This document shows, piece after piece, positions 43,716 through 54,036 of a DNA stretch of 64,000 nucleotides. Position numbers and translations under genes: made by a program. The DNA comes from an uncultured Thermoleophilia bacterium (GTDB lineage Bacteria; Actinomycetota; Thermoleophilia; Gaiellales; Gaiellaceae). Position 1 is the stretch's first letter. Every line of letters begins with the position of its first letter. The notes under the pieces were generated by a model, which was given only the letters and a program-made list of their open reading frames with translations, had not been told where the DNA came from and made no database searches. Location of the stretch: assembly GCA_963741655.1 (NCBI GenBank), contig CAVUIQ010000009.1, positions 223,624 to 287,623 of the forward strand. Direction: 5' to 3'.

Positions 43716-45026
43716 ATGGGCGTCGCGGTCGTCCTCTTCACGCGTGACCTTCGCGTTCACGACAATCCTGCACTCGCGCGGGCCGTTGCGGAGGCAGAGA
43801 CGGTCCTGCCGCTCTTCGTCCTCGATGAAGGCATCGGGCGGACGCGCTACGGCGGGGCAGCAAATCGGCACGCGTTTCTTCTCGAGTCACTTGCCGACCT
43901 CCACGCGTCGCTGCGAGCGCTCGGTGCGGCGCTCGACGTTCGGGTCGGCAACGTCGTGGCCGAAACGGTGCGCGCCGCCCGCGAGGTGGGGGCGACGACC
44001 GTCTTCGCGAGCGCCGACGTCAGTCCGTATGCGGTCGCGCGTGAGAAGCGACTCTCCGTCGAGGTCGACCTCCGCCTCGTCGACGGCACGTTCGTGGTTC
44101 CCGCCGGCGAGGTGACGCCAACGGGGAACGACCACTATCAGGTCTTCTCTCCGTACCACCGCGCGTGGTCGCAGGTGCCGCTTGGGGTGCCCGAAGCAAC
44201 GCCGACCGTGATTCGCCTTCCGGCCGGAGTCGAGCCCGGAGCAGTGCCCACCGGCGCGCTCGTCTCGCCGGTGCCGGGGGGCGAGACCGCGGGCGTCGCG
44301 CGAGCGGGAGCGTGGCTGCGATCACATCTGCGCGGATACGGCGCGGGTGGCCACGACGCGGTCGCAGCAGATGCGACCTCGCGGCTCTCTCCCTACCTGC
44401 ACTTCGGCTGCGTCTCGGCACGTGCTCTCGCCGTGCGTGCGCAGGAGCGTGGCGGTGAGGCGTTCGTGCGACAGCTCTGCTGGCGCGACTTCTACGCGCA
44501 GATCCTGTTCGCGCAGCCTCGCACGCAGGTCGACGACATGCGCCCTCGAGGTGATCGCTGGCTCGACGATCCCGAGGCGCTCGCGGCGTGGAGGGAGGGA
44601 ATGACCGGGTATCCCCTCGTGGACGCCGGCATGCGTCAGTTGCGGGCGGAGGGTTGGATGCACAACCGGGCGCGGATGGTCGCCGCCTCGTTCCTCGTCA
44701 AGGACCTCGGGATCGACTGGCGCGAGGGCGCGAGGCACTTCTTCGACCTGCTCCTCGACGGCGACATCGCGCAGAACATCGGTAACTGGCAGTGGGTCGC
44801 AGGCACCGGCGTCGACACGCGCCCGAACCGGATCTACAACCCGACGGCGCAGCTGAAGAAGCTCGATCCCGAGGGGGAGTACGTCAGGCGCTACGTGCCG
44901 GAGCTCGCGGACGTTCCAGCGCGTGCAATAGCCGAACCGGGTCTGCTCGCTCCGTCGTATCCGGGGCCGATCGTCGATCACGCGACGGCGGTAGAGGCTT
45001 TCCGTCGACGGCGTGGTCTCGACTAG
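43716..45026 (+). CDS. Deoxyribodipyrimidine photolyase
   Basis: RDLRVHDNPAL, TSRLSPYLHFG, WRDFY, TGYPLVDAGMRQL, GWMHNRARM, GNWQWVAG. Confidence 0.95.
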   Translation: MGVAVVLFTRDLRVHDNPALARAVAEAETVLPLFVLDEGIGRTRYGGAANRHAFLLESLADLHASLRALGAALDVRVGNVVAETVRAAREVGATTVFASADVSPYAVAREKRLSVEVDLRLVDGTFVVPAGEVTPTGNDHYQVFSPYHRAWSQVPLGVPEATPTVIRLPAGVEPGAVPTGALVSPVPGGETAGVARAGAWLRSHLRGYGAGGHDAVAADATSRLSPYLHFGCVSARALAVRAQERGGEAFVRQLCWRDFYAQILFAQPRTQVDDMRPRGDRWLDDPEALAAWREGMTGYPLVDAGMRQLRAEGWMHNRARMVAASFLVKDLGIDWREGARHFFDLLLDGDIAQNIGNWQWVAGTGVDTRPNRIYNPTAQLKKLDPEGEYVRRYVPELADVPARAIAEPGLLAPSYPGPIVDHATAVEAFRRRRGLD

Positions 45027-45035
45027 CCTGCCGGG

Positions 45036-45773
45036 ATGGCAGCGAATCCCGATCGCCGCGACCGCGCCACCTCGTTCGCGAAGGTCGCTGATGCCTACGA
45101 GCGCTCGCGCCCGGATTACCCCGAGGATGCAGTGCGTTGGCTCGTGGGGGAGGAGCCGTGCGATGTTGTCGATCTGGGCGCCGGGACGGGCAAGCTGACG
45201 CGGTCCCTGGTCGCCCTCGGGCATCGCGTGACAGCTGTCGAGCCGCTGCCGGAGATGATCGCTCACCTCCGTGTTGCTGTGCCGAAGGCAATCGCCGTCG
45301 AAGGCGAAGCCGAGGCGATTCCGCTCGCTGACGGGAGCGCCGATGTGGTCGCGGTCGCACAGGCGTTCCACTGGTTCGACCAGCCGGCGGCACTGCGAGA
45401 GTGTGCGCGCGTGCTGCGGCCGGGTGGTCGGGTAGCTCTCGTCTGGAACGTCCGCGACGAGAGCGAAGCGTGGGTTGCAGAGCTGAGCGATGCGATGGTC
45501 GGGAGAACGGGCGTCGACCACGCGGCAGGTGCGATTGCGATGAGCGGCTTGTTCGAGCCGGAGCAGCACGTCACTCTCGGGCCTCATTTCCAGGAGGTCG
45601 ACAGGTCGACTCTCCGGGAGCTCGTGCTGTCGCGCAGCTTCTGCGCTGCACTCTCCGAGGAGGAGCGTGCGCCAATCTTCGAACGAGTGGACGGGTTGTT
45701 CGCCGCACACGAGCGAAACGGCATCGTGCGGCTCACGTACCTGGCCGAGTGTTTCCGCGCGCAGCGGCGCTAG
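45036..45773 (+). CDS. Class I SAM-dependent methyltransferase
   Basis: YERSRPDYP, DLGAGTGK, AVEP, AQAFHWFD, LRPGG. Confidence 0.9.
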   Translation: MAANPDRRDRATSFAKVADAYERSRPDYPEDAVRWLVGEEPCDVVDLGAGTGKLTRSLVALGHRVTAVEPLPEMIAHLRVAVPKAIAVEGEAEAIPLADGSADVVAVAQAFHWFDQPAALRECARVLRPGGRVALVWNVRDESEAWVAELSDAMVGRTGVDHAAGAIAMSGLFEPEQHVTLGPHFQEVDRSTLRELVLSRSFCAALSEEERAPIFERVDGLFAAHERNGIVRLTYLAECFRAQRR

Positions 45774-45776
45774 CGT

Positions 45777-46286
45777 ATGCCGACCGCGACCGTCGTGTCT
45801 CTGCGCCCGGTCGAGGACGATGACCTTCCACTCTTCTTCGAGTGGCAGGCAGACGAGGAGAGCTTCCGGATGGCGGCCGTGACGACGCGTGACGCCGACG
45901 CATTTGCAGCGCACTGGTCGCGGATCCGGCGTGACGCCGGGACCACCCTGCGGACGATCGTCGCGGACGGTGCTGTCGTCGGGCACGCCCTGAGCTGGAC
46001 GGGCGACGACGGGCGGATGATCGGCTACTGGCTCGGGAAGGCGTACTGGGGGCGGGGGATTGCAAGCTCGGCGCTCGCGCTCTTTCTCGAAGACGAGCGG
46101 CACCGACCCCTGCTCGCGACCGTCGCCGAGCACAACACGGGCTCGCGCCGGGTGCTCGAGAAGGCGGGCTTCAGGCTCGTGTCGAGCAAGCTCGTGGACG
46201 ACGGGCCGGAGCTGGGCACGATCTCGCTGTTGCAATTCCGGCTCGACGAGTGCGGTGTCTCGCAACGGTATGAGACGCCGCACTAG
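45777..46286 (+). CDS. GNAT (RimJ/RimL-type) acetyltransferase
   Basis: LRPVEDDD, IGYWLGKAYWGRGIAS, NTGSRRVLEKAGF. Confidence 0.88.
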   Translation: MPTATVVSLRPVEDDDLPLFFEWQADEESFRMAAVTTRDADAFAAHWSRIRRDAGTTLRTIVADGAVVGHALSWTGDDGRMIGYWLGKAYWGRGIASSALALFLEDERHRPLLATVAEHNTGSRRVLEKAGFRLVSSKLVDDGPELGTISLLQFRLDECGVSQRYETPH

Positions 46287-46663
46287 AGAGGGCGCTCCTC
46301 CACGAGCTCGTACAGCTTCCCGTCGGGTGCACGGAAGTGCGTGTAGCGCCAGCGAGCGTTCTCGCTGATCCCGTCCGTCTCGACGCCGACGGCATGGAGC
46401 TCGGCTGCGGCAGCATCGACGTCGGCCACGAGGAGACCGATCGTGCGCTCTGCAGCGCCATCCTCCTCGTAGAGCCGGGCCACCGCAAGGACGTCTCCGT
46501 TCGTGGCCGCAAAGAGCGTTGCCCCGACGCCGTCGACCGTGATCGGGTGGAGGCCGAGAACGTCCCGGGCGAACGAGCTCATCTCCTCGTGTGCATCCGT
46601 GTGGCTGCCGACGAAGCCGATCCCGCGTATCTCCACCATTTCTCCCTTGTCCGTTTCGGCCAT
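46283..46663 (-). CDS. VOC/glyoxalase-family protein (start 46663 or 46639)
   Basis: FARDVLGL, VADVDAAAAEL, HFRAPDGKLYELVE. Confidence 0.82.
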   Translation of the reverse strand: MAETDKGEMVEIRGIGFVGSHTDAHEEMSSFARDVLGLHPITVDGVGATLFAATNGDVLAVARLYEEDGAAERTIGLLVADVDAAAAELHAVGVETDGISENARWRYTHFRAPDGKLYELVEERPL

Positions 46664-46664
46664 C

Positions 46665-46689
46665 TTGACACACGAACATATGTTCGTGT
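46665..46689 (+). promoter_or_regulatory. LexA (SOS) box, Gram-positive type, abutting a TTGACA -35 element
   Basis: Perfect 20-bp palindrome ACACGAACATATGTTCGTGT (46670-46689) with core GAAC-N4-GTTC; TTGACA at 46665-46670; 15 nt upstream of imuB. Confidence 0.9.
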
Positions 46690-46704
46690 AGAACTACAGA
46701 TCCA

Positions 46705-47898
46705 GTGATCGCCTGCCTCCTCATCCCCGGGTTTGCGTTGCGAGCCGCGTTGCGCTCCCGACCAAGGCTCGCGCTCGTACCGGCGGCGCTCGCACCGGAG
46801 CCGGGCAAGGAGGCGCTCGTCGGGCCTGTCACGGCAGCGGCCGAGGCTGCGGGTGTGACGGCCGGGATGCGCATGGGGGAGGCGCTCGCAACCTGCCCCG
46901 AGCTCGTGCTGATCGAGCAGGATCCGGCCGCGGTCGAGCAGGAGTGGGAGGGGGTGCTGCGCCGGCTCGAGGGCGCAGGTTTCGCCGTCGAATCCACCGA
47001 GCCAGGCATCGTCACGTTCCAGACCGACGGTGTCGAGCGGCTCTACGGTGGGGTCGAGGCGGCGCTTGCGAAGGCACTTGCCGCTGCTGGATCTGCCTGG
47101 GACCCGCGCGCAGGCGTGGGGGCACGTCGCTTCGTCGCCCTCGCGGCGGCGAGCGTGGCCCGACCCGGGCAGGCAGTGATCGTCGAGGGGAAGGAGGAGC
47201 AGGGCTTCCTGGAGCCGCTCCCCCTCTCGCTCCTACCGCTTCCGTCGAACCGGTACGCCGAGCTCGAAGGGCTCGGGGTGCGTCGGCTCGGCGAGCTGGC
47301 GTCGCTTCCCGGCGGCGCCGTCGAGGAGCGGCTGGGGCCGGAGGGGAAGCGGGCGTGGAGCCTCGCAGGCGGGGAGCGCCAGAGCGCGCAACCTCGTGTG
47401 CGTGGGCGATCGCCTGCGGCAGAGCTGGTGGAGGCCCTCTCCTTCCCCGAGGCGGTTGCGAACGAGCTGACGCTGCGGCGGGCATTCGGGGCGCTGCTCG
47501 ACCGGCTGCTCGCACGGCCGGAGCGGGCGGGGCGGCCGCTGCGCAAGGTGGCGGTGTCGGCCCGGCTCGTTGGTGGGGGCTCCTGGCGACGCGCGACGAC
47601 CCTGCGCGAGGCGACCGCCGAGCGGGGGCGGTTGCGAGCGGCGCTCGGGCCCAAGCTGCTCGAGATCCCGGGGCCGGTGCTGGAGCTGCGACTGGAGGCG
47701 GTCGAGCTCGCCGACCACGTCGGTCAGCAGCTTGCGCTCGTTCCTCCGGAGGGGGAGGAGATGGACGGACGGCTGCGTGAGGGGCTGCGTCAGGTGCGGG
47801 CAAGCACCGGCTCCGGCTCGGTGTGCGCCGTCGTGGAGGTGGCGCCGTGGTCGCGTATTCCGGAGACGCGCGCGCTCGTCGTACCCCGCGACATGTGA
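46705..47898 (+). CDS. imuB: ImuB-like inactive Y-family polymerase (short, 397 aa)
   Basis: AAEAAGVTAGMRMGEALATCP, LEGLGVRRLGEL, QQLAL clamp-binding-like motif, SRIPE; catalytic acidic motifs absent; SOS box and dnaE2 context. Confidence 0.85.
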   Translation: MIACLLIPGFALRAALRSRPRLALVPAALAPEPGKEALVGPVTAAAEAAGVTAGMRMGEALATCPELVLIEQDPAAVEQEWEGVLRRLEGAGFAVESTEPGIVTFQTDGVERLYGGVEAALAKALAAAGSAWDPRAGVGARRFVALAAASVARPGQAVIVEGKEEQGFLEPLPLSLLPLPSNRYAELEGLGVRRLGELASLPGGAVEERLGPEGKRAWSLAGGERQSAQPRVRGRSPAAELVEALSFPEAVANELTLRRAFGALLDRLLARPERAGRPLRKVAVSARLVGGGSWRRATTLREATAERGRLRAALGPKLLEIPGPVLELRLEAVELADHVGQQLALVPPEGEEMDGRLREGLRQVRASTGSGSVCAVVEVAPWSRIPETRALVVPRDM

Positions 47899-47915
47899 TC
47901 AGCGGTGGCCGGCTC

Positions 47916-47962
47916 GTAGGGGCGATGCGCACCCGCGCGGCAGCGCGGGTAAGCGTCGCCCG
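47916..47962 (+). repeat. GTAG REP-like element, family A
   Basis: GTAGGGGCGATGCGC ACCCGCGC GGCA GCGCGGGT AAGCGTCGCCCG: outer stem plus an 8-bp inner hairpin. Confidence 0.8.
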
Positions 47963-48025
47963 TCCCGGCCTCCACACGATTGCGTCCTGTGAGATGGCTG
48001 CGCCTGCGCTTGCCGGGGATCATCC

Positions 48026-48319
48026 GTGAGCACCGTCGGCGGTTCCTGGGCCAGCCGCCCGCACGCACTATCGCGTGCGACGGCGGGGCGCCTCAACACG
48101 CCCCGCCCGGCGCTCGTCGAGAACGGCGTCGACGGCACCCCCTGCATCGTCAATCGTCAGCAGGTCGCCTTCGTGCGCGAGGAGTGGCGCGTCGTCGACC
48201 GCTGGTGGACGGAGGAGCCGATCGACCGGCGTTACTACGAGGTCGTGCTGGAGTCGGGCGAGAACGTGTGCGTCTACCGCGATCGGGAGCGTGGCTGCTG
48301 GTTCACGCAGCGCGGGTGA
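48026..48319 (+). CDS. Small mutasome-associated protein resembling the ImuB C-terminal (DUF6504-like) module
   Basis: RLNTPRP, EEWRVVDRWW, RRYYEVVL, VYRD...W pattern; same strand, between imuB and dnaE2. Confidence 0.7.
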   Translation: MSTVGGSWASRPHALSRATAGRLNTPRPALVENGVDGTPCIVNRQQVAFVREEWRVVDRWWTEEPIDRRYYEVVLESGENVCVYRDRERGCWFTQRG

Positions 48320-48349
48320 GAGCGCAGCACGCGCAAGGCGGCCGGCGTA

Positions 48350-48374
48350 GTAGGGGCGAGGCGTGCCTCGCCCG
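48350..48374 (+). repeat. Minimal GTAG REP-like hairpin
   Basis: GTAG GGGCGAGGC GT GCCTCGCCC G. Confidence 0.7.
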
Positions 48375-48435
48375 CTTCGCCCACTTTCGCCCGCTCCCGG
48401 GCTCAGCCGCCCCCGCCGAGCGCTTCCGGCGGCAC

Positions 48436-48770
48436 CTAGTGATCCTGGCCGAGCGCCTCGTAGGCGAGCGCCTCCCACTCATCGGCCTGCGCCGGCGGCA
48501 CGACCACCCACTGGCGAAACACCTCGCCGCGGCCGGACGGGTCGAAGAGATGCGCGTCCGGGCAGGGCAAGCGCGCGCAGGTGCACGTCCGGATCGGTCA
48601 GCTTGAACACCATCCCCGTGCGCGAGAGGCCGAACACGAACTTGCCGGCCCGCTTCACACACGGCATCGCGAACAGCTTCGCCGTCACGCGCCTCCTCGT
48701 GCCACGCGCAGATCGCGTCGACGATGTCCTCGTAGCGCTCGCGTACGTCCTGCTGGCTACGGATGTCCAT
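48436..48770 (-). CDS. MmcQ/YjbR/TfoX-like small protein (about three frameshifts)
   Basis: Joined frames: KLFAMPCVKRAGK, MVFKL, ALALPG..FDPSGRG..FRQWVVVP...W; ATG 48770, TAG 48436-48438. Confidence 0.55.
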
Positions 48771-48776
48771 CCCGGC

Positions 48777-49856
48777 TCAGCTGTCTCGGAGCCGGCGGAT
48801 CGTCTCTTCCGCCTCGCGCACGAGTGTTGTGACGAGCTCGCCCGCCGGCATGGCTCGCACCCGTCCGGCGCCCTGGCCGGCGAGCAGGATCAGAAGATCT
48901 GCTCGATCGGCGGCCAGGGCCGCCGTGCGCACATCAGCAGCGAGGGCCGTCTGGAGCGGATAGGGCAGGAGAGTCGCACCGGACTCCTCGATCGTGTCGA
49001 CGAGCGACGAGCGGATGACACGAGCCGGCCTGCCCGAGTACGCAGCCGTCACCGTCGTCGCATCGTCGTGTGCTTCGCGCAGACCGCGGCGGTACGTCAC
49101 CGGCGTAGGGCTCTCGTCGCAGGTGAGAAATGCCGTCCCGAGCTGGGCTCCCGCGGCACCGAGCGCGAGCGCGGCGGCGATGCCTCTGCCGTCCATGACG
49201 CCCCCGGCAAGCACGACGGGAACAGACACCTGGTCGACGATCTGCGGCACGAGTGCCATGCCACCGATGAGCGCGCTTTCGAACGGGCCGGCAAACGTGC
49301 CGCGATGGCCGCCGGCCTCGCTCCCCTGCGCAACGACGACGTCGACACCATGCCGTTCGAGCTCGACGGCTTCGGCGACCGTCGTCGCGGTCCCCATCAC
49401 GACGCAGCCCACCTCTTGCAGCGCCTCGCATGGGACGAGGCCGAAGGTGAAGCTGAACACGGGAACCCGTGCCGCGACGAGCACCTCGATCTGCGCGGCG
49501 ACGCGGCCGGGTGGCAGTGGCGCGGGCACTGTCGTCGGCCGATCGAGGCCCAGTTCGGCCCTGATGGGATCGAGGACGTCGTTCATCGCGGCGACGACGC
49601 TCGCGTCCGGAGCCACAGGAGGGAGCTCGGCGAAGAGGTTGACCGCAAAGGGGCGGTCGGTGAGCGTGCGGATCCGGGCGATCGACTGCTCCAGCTCCTC
49701 GGGTGCGAGCATCGCCCCGGCGAGCGAGCCCAGCGCCCCCGCCTCGGACACCGCCGCCACCAGCTCGGGCGTCGTCAATCTTCCTGCCATCGGCGCCTGC
49801 ACGATCGGGTAGCGCGTCCCGAGCAGAGCCGAAAGACGGGTGGCGAGCGCCGACAT
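48777..49856 (-). CDS. Nitronate monooxygenase-family flavoprotein
   Basis: PIVQAPMAG, PFAVNLF, AQGSEAGGHRG, LAGGVMDG, QLGTAFL, SGRPAR. Confidence 0.92.
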   Translation of the reverse strand: MSALATRLSALLGTRYPIVQAPMAGRLTTPELVAAVSEAGALGSLAGAMLAPEELEQSIARIRTLTDRPFAVNLFAELPPVAPDASVVAAMNDVLDPIRAELGLDRPTTVPAPLPPGRVAAQIEVLVAARVPVFSFTFGLVPCEALQEVGCVVMGTATTVAEAVELERHGVDVVVAQGSEAGGHRGTFAGPFESALIGGMALVPQIVDQVSVPVVLAGGVMDGRGIAAALALGAAGAQLGTAFLTCDESPTPVTYRRGLREAHDDATTVTAAYSGRPARVIRSSLVDTIEESGATLLPYPLQTALAADVRTAALAADRADLLILLAGQGAGRVRAMPAGELVTTLVREAEETIRRLRDS

Positions 49857-49897
49857 CGCTCAGCTACTGGCGGCCGACGTGATCACACGCTCAGTCT

Positions 49898-52800
49898 ATG
49901 ACCTACGTCGAGCTCCACTGCCACTCGTCGTACTCGTTCCTCGACGGCGCCTCGCTGCCGGAGGAGCTGGCCGCCCGCGCGGCCGAGCTCGGCTACCCGG
50001 CGCTCGCGCTCACCGACCACGACGGCGTCTACGGCTCGCTCGAGTTCGCGCATGCTGCGAAGGCTCTCGGTGTGCGGCCGATCACCGGGGCAGAGGTGAC
50101 GCTCAGCGACGGCTCGCACATCACACTGCTCGTCGAGACCAGCCGGGGCTACGCGAACCTGTGTCGCATCCTCACCGAGGCACACGCAGGGACCCGACGA
50201 GAAGGACGTGAGGACCGTGAGCCGCTTGCCCCTTCCGTGGGCCAGAGGTTCGTCGAGGAGCACACCGAGGGTCTCGTCTGCCTCTCGGGCTGCGCCCGTA
50301 CAGGTCTTGCCATGCGCCACCCGAATGCGGCTGCCGGGCTCCAGCGTGCGTTTGGTCGCGAGAGCTTTCTCGTCGAGCTCCAGCGCCCGTACGAGCGTGG
50401 CGACGTCCACCGCAACGCCGCTCTCTGCGACCTCGCCGCGCATCTCGGTGTCGACACGATCGCCACCGGCAACATTCACGCCCACGCACCCAGGCGCACG
50501 CTGCTCCAGGACACGCTGGTCGCGATTCGCTGTCGCACGTCCCTGGACGGTTGCGAGCAGGAGCGGCGTGGCAACCGCGAGGGCTTTCTGCGAGATCCCG
50601 CAGAGGTCGCAGAGCGATTCGCGGGCATCGATCCTGCCGCGGTTTCCCGCACCGTCGAGGTGGCCGAGCGCTTGCAGTTCGACCTCACCCAGGAACTCGG
50701 CTATCGCTACCCCGACTTCTCGGACGGCGAGGAGCCGGCGATCCGCCAGCTCGCAGAGATCTGCAACGACGCGTTCGCCGACCGCTACCCGCCGAGCAAC
50801 CAGAAGCTGCTCCGCCGAGCACGTCTCCGCCTGGAGAAGGAGATCGAGCTCATCGACGAGCTCGGTCTTGCCGGCTTCTTCCTTCTCCACTGGGAGGTGC
50901 TCGAGCTGGCGCGGAAATGCGCCCTTCAGGTACGGGGGCGCGGCTCGCCGCGTCGTTTCCTGCCGCCGGGTCGGGGGCGCGGGAGCTCCGTCGGCTCGAT
51001 CGTCTGCTATCTGACAGGCCTCTCACACGTCGATCCCGTCGCCAACGAGCTCTCGCTCGGGCGGTTCCTCAATCGTGAGCTGGCATCGGTCCCGGACATC
51101 GACCTCGACTTCCCGCGGGATATTCGCGAGAAGCTCATCGTCGCGGTCACGAAGCGGTACGGCAACGAGCACGCTGCGCTCGTTGCGAGCTTCGCCACCT
51201 ATCGCTCGCGCGGTGCAATCCGCGATGTGGGCAAGGCCCTCGGCCTGCCGCAGGCAGAGCTCGAACGGCTCGCCCGGTTGACCGACGGCTGGGATGCCTC
51301 GCGCATCGCCGAGGAGGTGGCGGGACTCCCGGACGCCGAGCGCAAGCTCGTCTCGAAGCGATGGCGGGCGTTCCAGTTCCTCACGACCGAGATCGCAGGC
51401 CTGCCGCGGCACATCTCCCAGCATCCGGGCGGCATGGTCATCTCGACGCGGCCGCTGATCGATCTCGTGCCGGTGCAACCCGCGGCGATGGCAGGCCGTC
51501 AGCTCTGCCAGTGGGACAAGGACTCCTGCGCCGATGCCGGCTTCCTCAAGATCGATCTCCTCGGTCTGGGAATGCTCTCTGCCGTCGAGGAGTGCGTCGA
51601 GAGCATCGCCGAGGCCTACGGCTCGCCGATCGACCTCTCGCGCATCCCTCTCGATGACAGGGCGGTGTTCGCCGAGATCCAGAGGGCCGATACGGTCGGC
51701 ACGTTTCAGATCGAAAGCCGCGCCCAGATGCAGAGCCTCCTGCGCACGAAGCCAGAGACGATCGACGACCTCACCGTGCAGGTTGCGCTCGTGCGACCGG
51801 GCCCGATCCAGGGCAAGGCCGTCCACCCGTACATCGAGAACCGGCGCCTGCTGCGCGAGGATCCTCGTTCGTCTACCCGGTCGACCACGAGGCGCTGCGG
51901 GAACCGCTCCGCTCGACGCTCGGCGTCGTCGTCTTCCAGGATCAGGTGCTCGACGTGGCCATTGCGCTCGCCGGCTTTACGGTGGGGGAGGCCGAGGGGC
52001 TGCGTCGCGCGATGAGTCGCAAGCGCAGCAGAGCGGCGCTCGAATCTCACCGGGTGCGGTTCATCGAGGGCGCGGTCCGTAACGGTGTCGCGGAGAAGGT
52101 CGCAGATCTCGTCTACGACAAGCTCGTCGGCTTCTCGGGCTTCGGCTTCCCAAAATCCCACGCCGCCGCATTCGGACTGCTCGCCTATCAGTCACAGTGG
52201 CTGCGTCATCACTATCCGGCCGAGTTCCTCTGCTCGTTGCTGAACGCTCAGCCGATGGGCTTCTACCCGCCGGCCAGTCTCGTTCGTGACGCCCAGCGGC
52301 GCGGGGTGGAGGTGCGCTCTCCCGACGTGAACATCAGCGAGGCCCTCTGCTCACTCACGCCTACCGACGAGGCCTGTGCTGAATCAGCACAGGCTCCCCA
52401 GGCGGTGCGAATCGGCCTCGCGTACGTCCAGTCGGTGGGCAAGGACGACGCCTCGGCTCTCGTGGCGGAGCGAGCCGCGAACGGGCCCTACCGTGATGTG
52501 GGAGATCTCGCACGGCGCGTCCCGCTCACGAAGGACGGTCTCGTGGCGCTCGTCGAGGGCGGGGCGTGTGACGGTTTCGGGCCAAAGCGACGTGATCTGC
52601 TCTGGGAGCTCGGCCTTGCCACCCGGCCGACCTCCGTCCCGGGGACGCAGGGTGCAGCGAAGCAACTCACGCTCTCGCTCGATCCGACGGCGGCGACCCC
52701 GGCGCTTCGCGACCTGACGCGCTGGGAGCGAATGGCGGCCGACTACCGGCTCACCGGGCTCTCGGTCGGCGTGCACCCGCTCCTGCTTCTGCGCCCGCAC

Positions 52801-53163
52801 CTTCCGGACGGAACGCTTCGGAGTGACGATCTCCACCGGGCGTCGCATCGCTCGAGCGTCGCCTATGCGGGGCTTGCGATCGCGAGGCAGCGCCCCTCAA
52901 CCGCGAACGGGATCGTGTTCATGCTGCTCGAGGACGAGTGCGGCCAGGTCAACCTGATCGTGCCCAGCGACGTCTACGAGCGGCACCGTGCGATCGTCCG
53001 CAACGAGTCGTTGCTCCTCGCTCACGGCCGCTACGAGCGGGTGGGGGAGAACCGGAACATCCTCGTCTCGTCGATCGAGACTCTGGCCGCGCTCGCCCGG
53101 CGGGTCGCCGATCTCGATGTCGGTGCATCGCTCCCACGCGCGCACCACTTCGGCGGTCGCTGA
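49898..53163 (+). CDS. dnaE2: Error-prone DNA polymerase III alpha subunit (frameshift near 51866)
   Basis: ELHCHSSYSFLDGAS PHP, GRGSS, PDIDLDF, SQHPGG, GFPKSHAAAF, NAQPMGFY, RQRPSTANG, C-terminal AHHF. Confidence 0.93.
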
Positions 53164-53178
53164 CATCGAGCCGGGGAG

Positions 53179-53987
53179 CTACCCGCCTACGACGCGAGCC
53201 GCAAGGCTCGCCTCGACATACTCTGCGACCGGCTCGAACCCGAGCCGGGTGTACGAGGCAATCGCCGGGGCGTTGTCCGCTCTCACGTTGAGAGCGATCG
53301 TCTCGATGCCGTCGCGAAGGAGCAATTGGCAGAGTGAGGCGCACGTGCCCCTCGCGAGACCCTGTCCACGGAGTTCCGGCAGCGTGGCCACATTGCCGAG
53401 CGCGGCAACCCGCCACGTCGGCGAGTAGACGTGGACGCCTGCGACGCACGCGAGCCGACCGTCGCGCCGCACGCCGACGTACCGGTCCGGTATCGAGCAT
53501 TCTGGGTACGAACCACGTACCGGGGTAGGCGTTCTCGTAGAACGTCGAGATCTCGGCGAGGTCATCCCGGGTGAGGATCTCGGCCGCGAGCGCATACTGC
53601 GCGATGAGATTCGTCTGCGTGAGCGCGAGCTTGAGATGCGGCGCGGGGTCGTCCACCGAGTAACGCTCGCCGAGCGTTTCGAGGAGTCCTGGTGAAGCGT
53701 GCGTGTAGAGCAGCGACGGGAGCGACCACGTGATCGCGGCGACCAACTCCGCCATCGCTCCCGACGGTGGATCTGCGATCGCGATCAGCACGGGCATCCG
53801 TGGCTGCGTGTACAGCAGCGCGACCTCTTCCAGTCGGCCTTCCGACTCCCAGCCGAACCACACGGTGTGTGGCCAGTCGAAGTCGTCGAGATCCCCGAGT
53901 TCGTACGCATGTGCCGGGGCGTTGCGCCGCAGGATGGAGGCGAGGAGCTCGCGATCATCCAGGTCGACGACAACATCGGCTGAACAC
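53179..53987 (-). CDS. GNAT acetyltransferase, FR47-like (frameshift near 53485; start uncertain)
   Basis: YELGDLDDFDWP, YPGTWF..RML, AGVHVYS, LGNVATLPELRGQG, LNVRADNAPAI..Y.RLGF. Confidence 0.8.
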
Positions 53988-54036
53988 TATGTCTCTCTAA
54001 ACCACGCCACGTGCAGGCCCGGAATTGGCGTTCCCC

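Noticed and set aside
51840-51900. dnaE2 as a naturally split or intein-containing polymerase
   Set aside because: The two frames join with a single-base correction, and no intein motifs or extra sequence are present.
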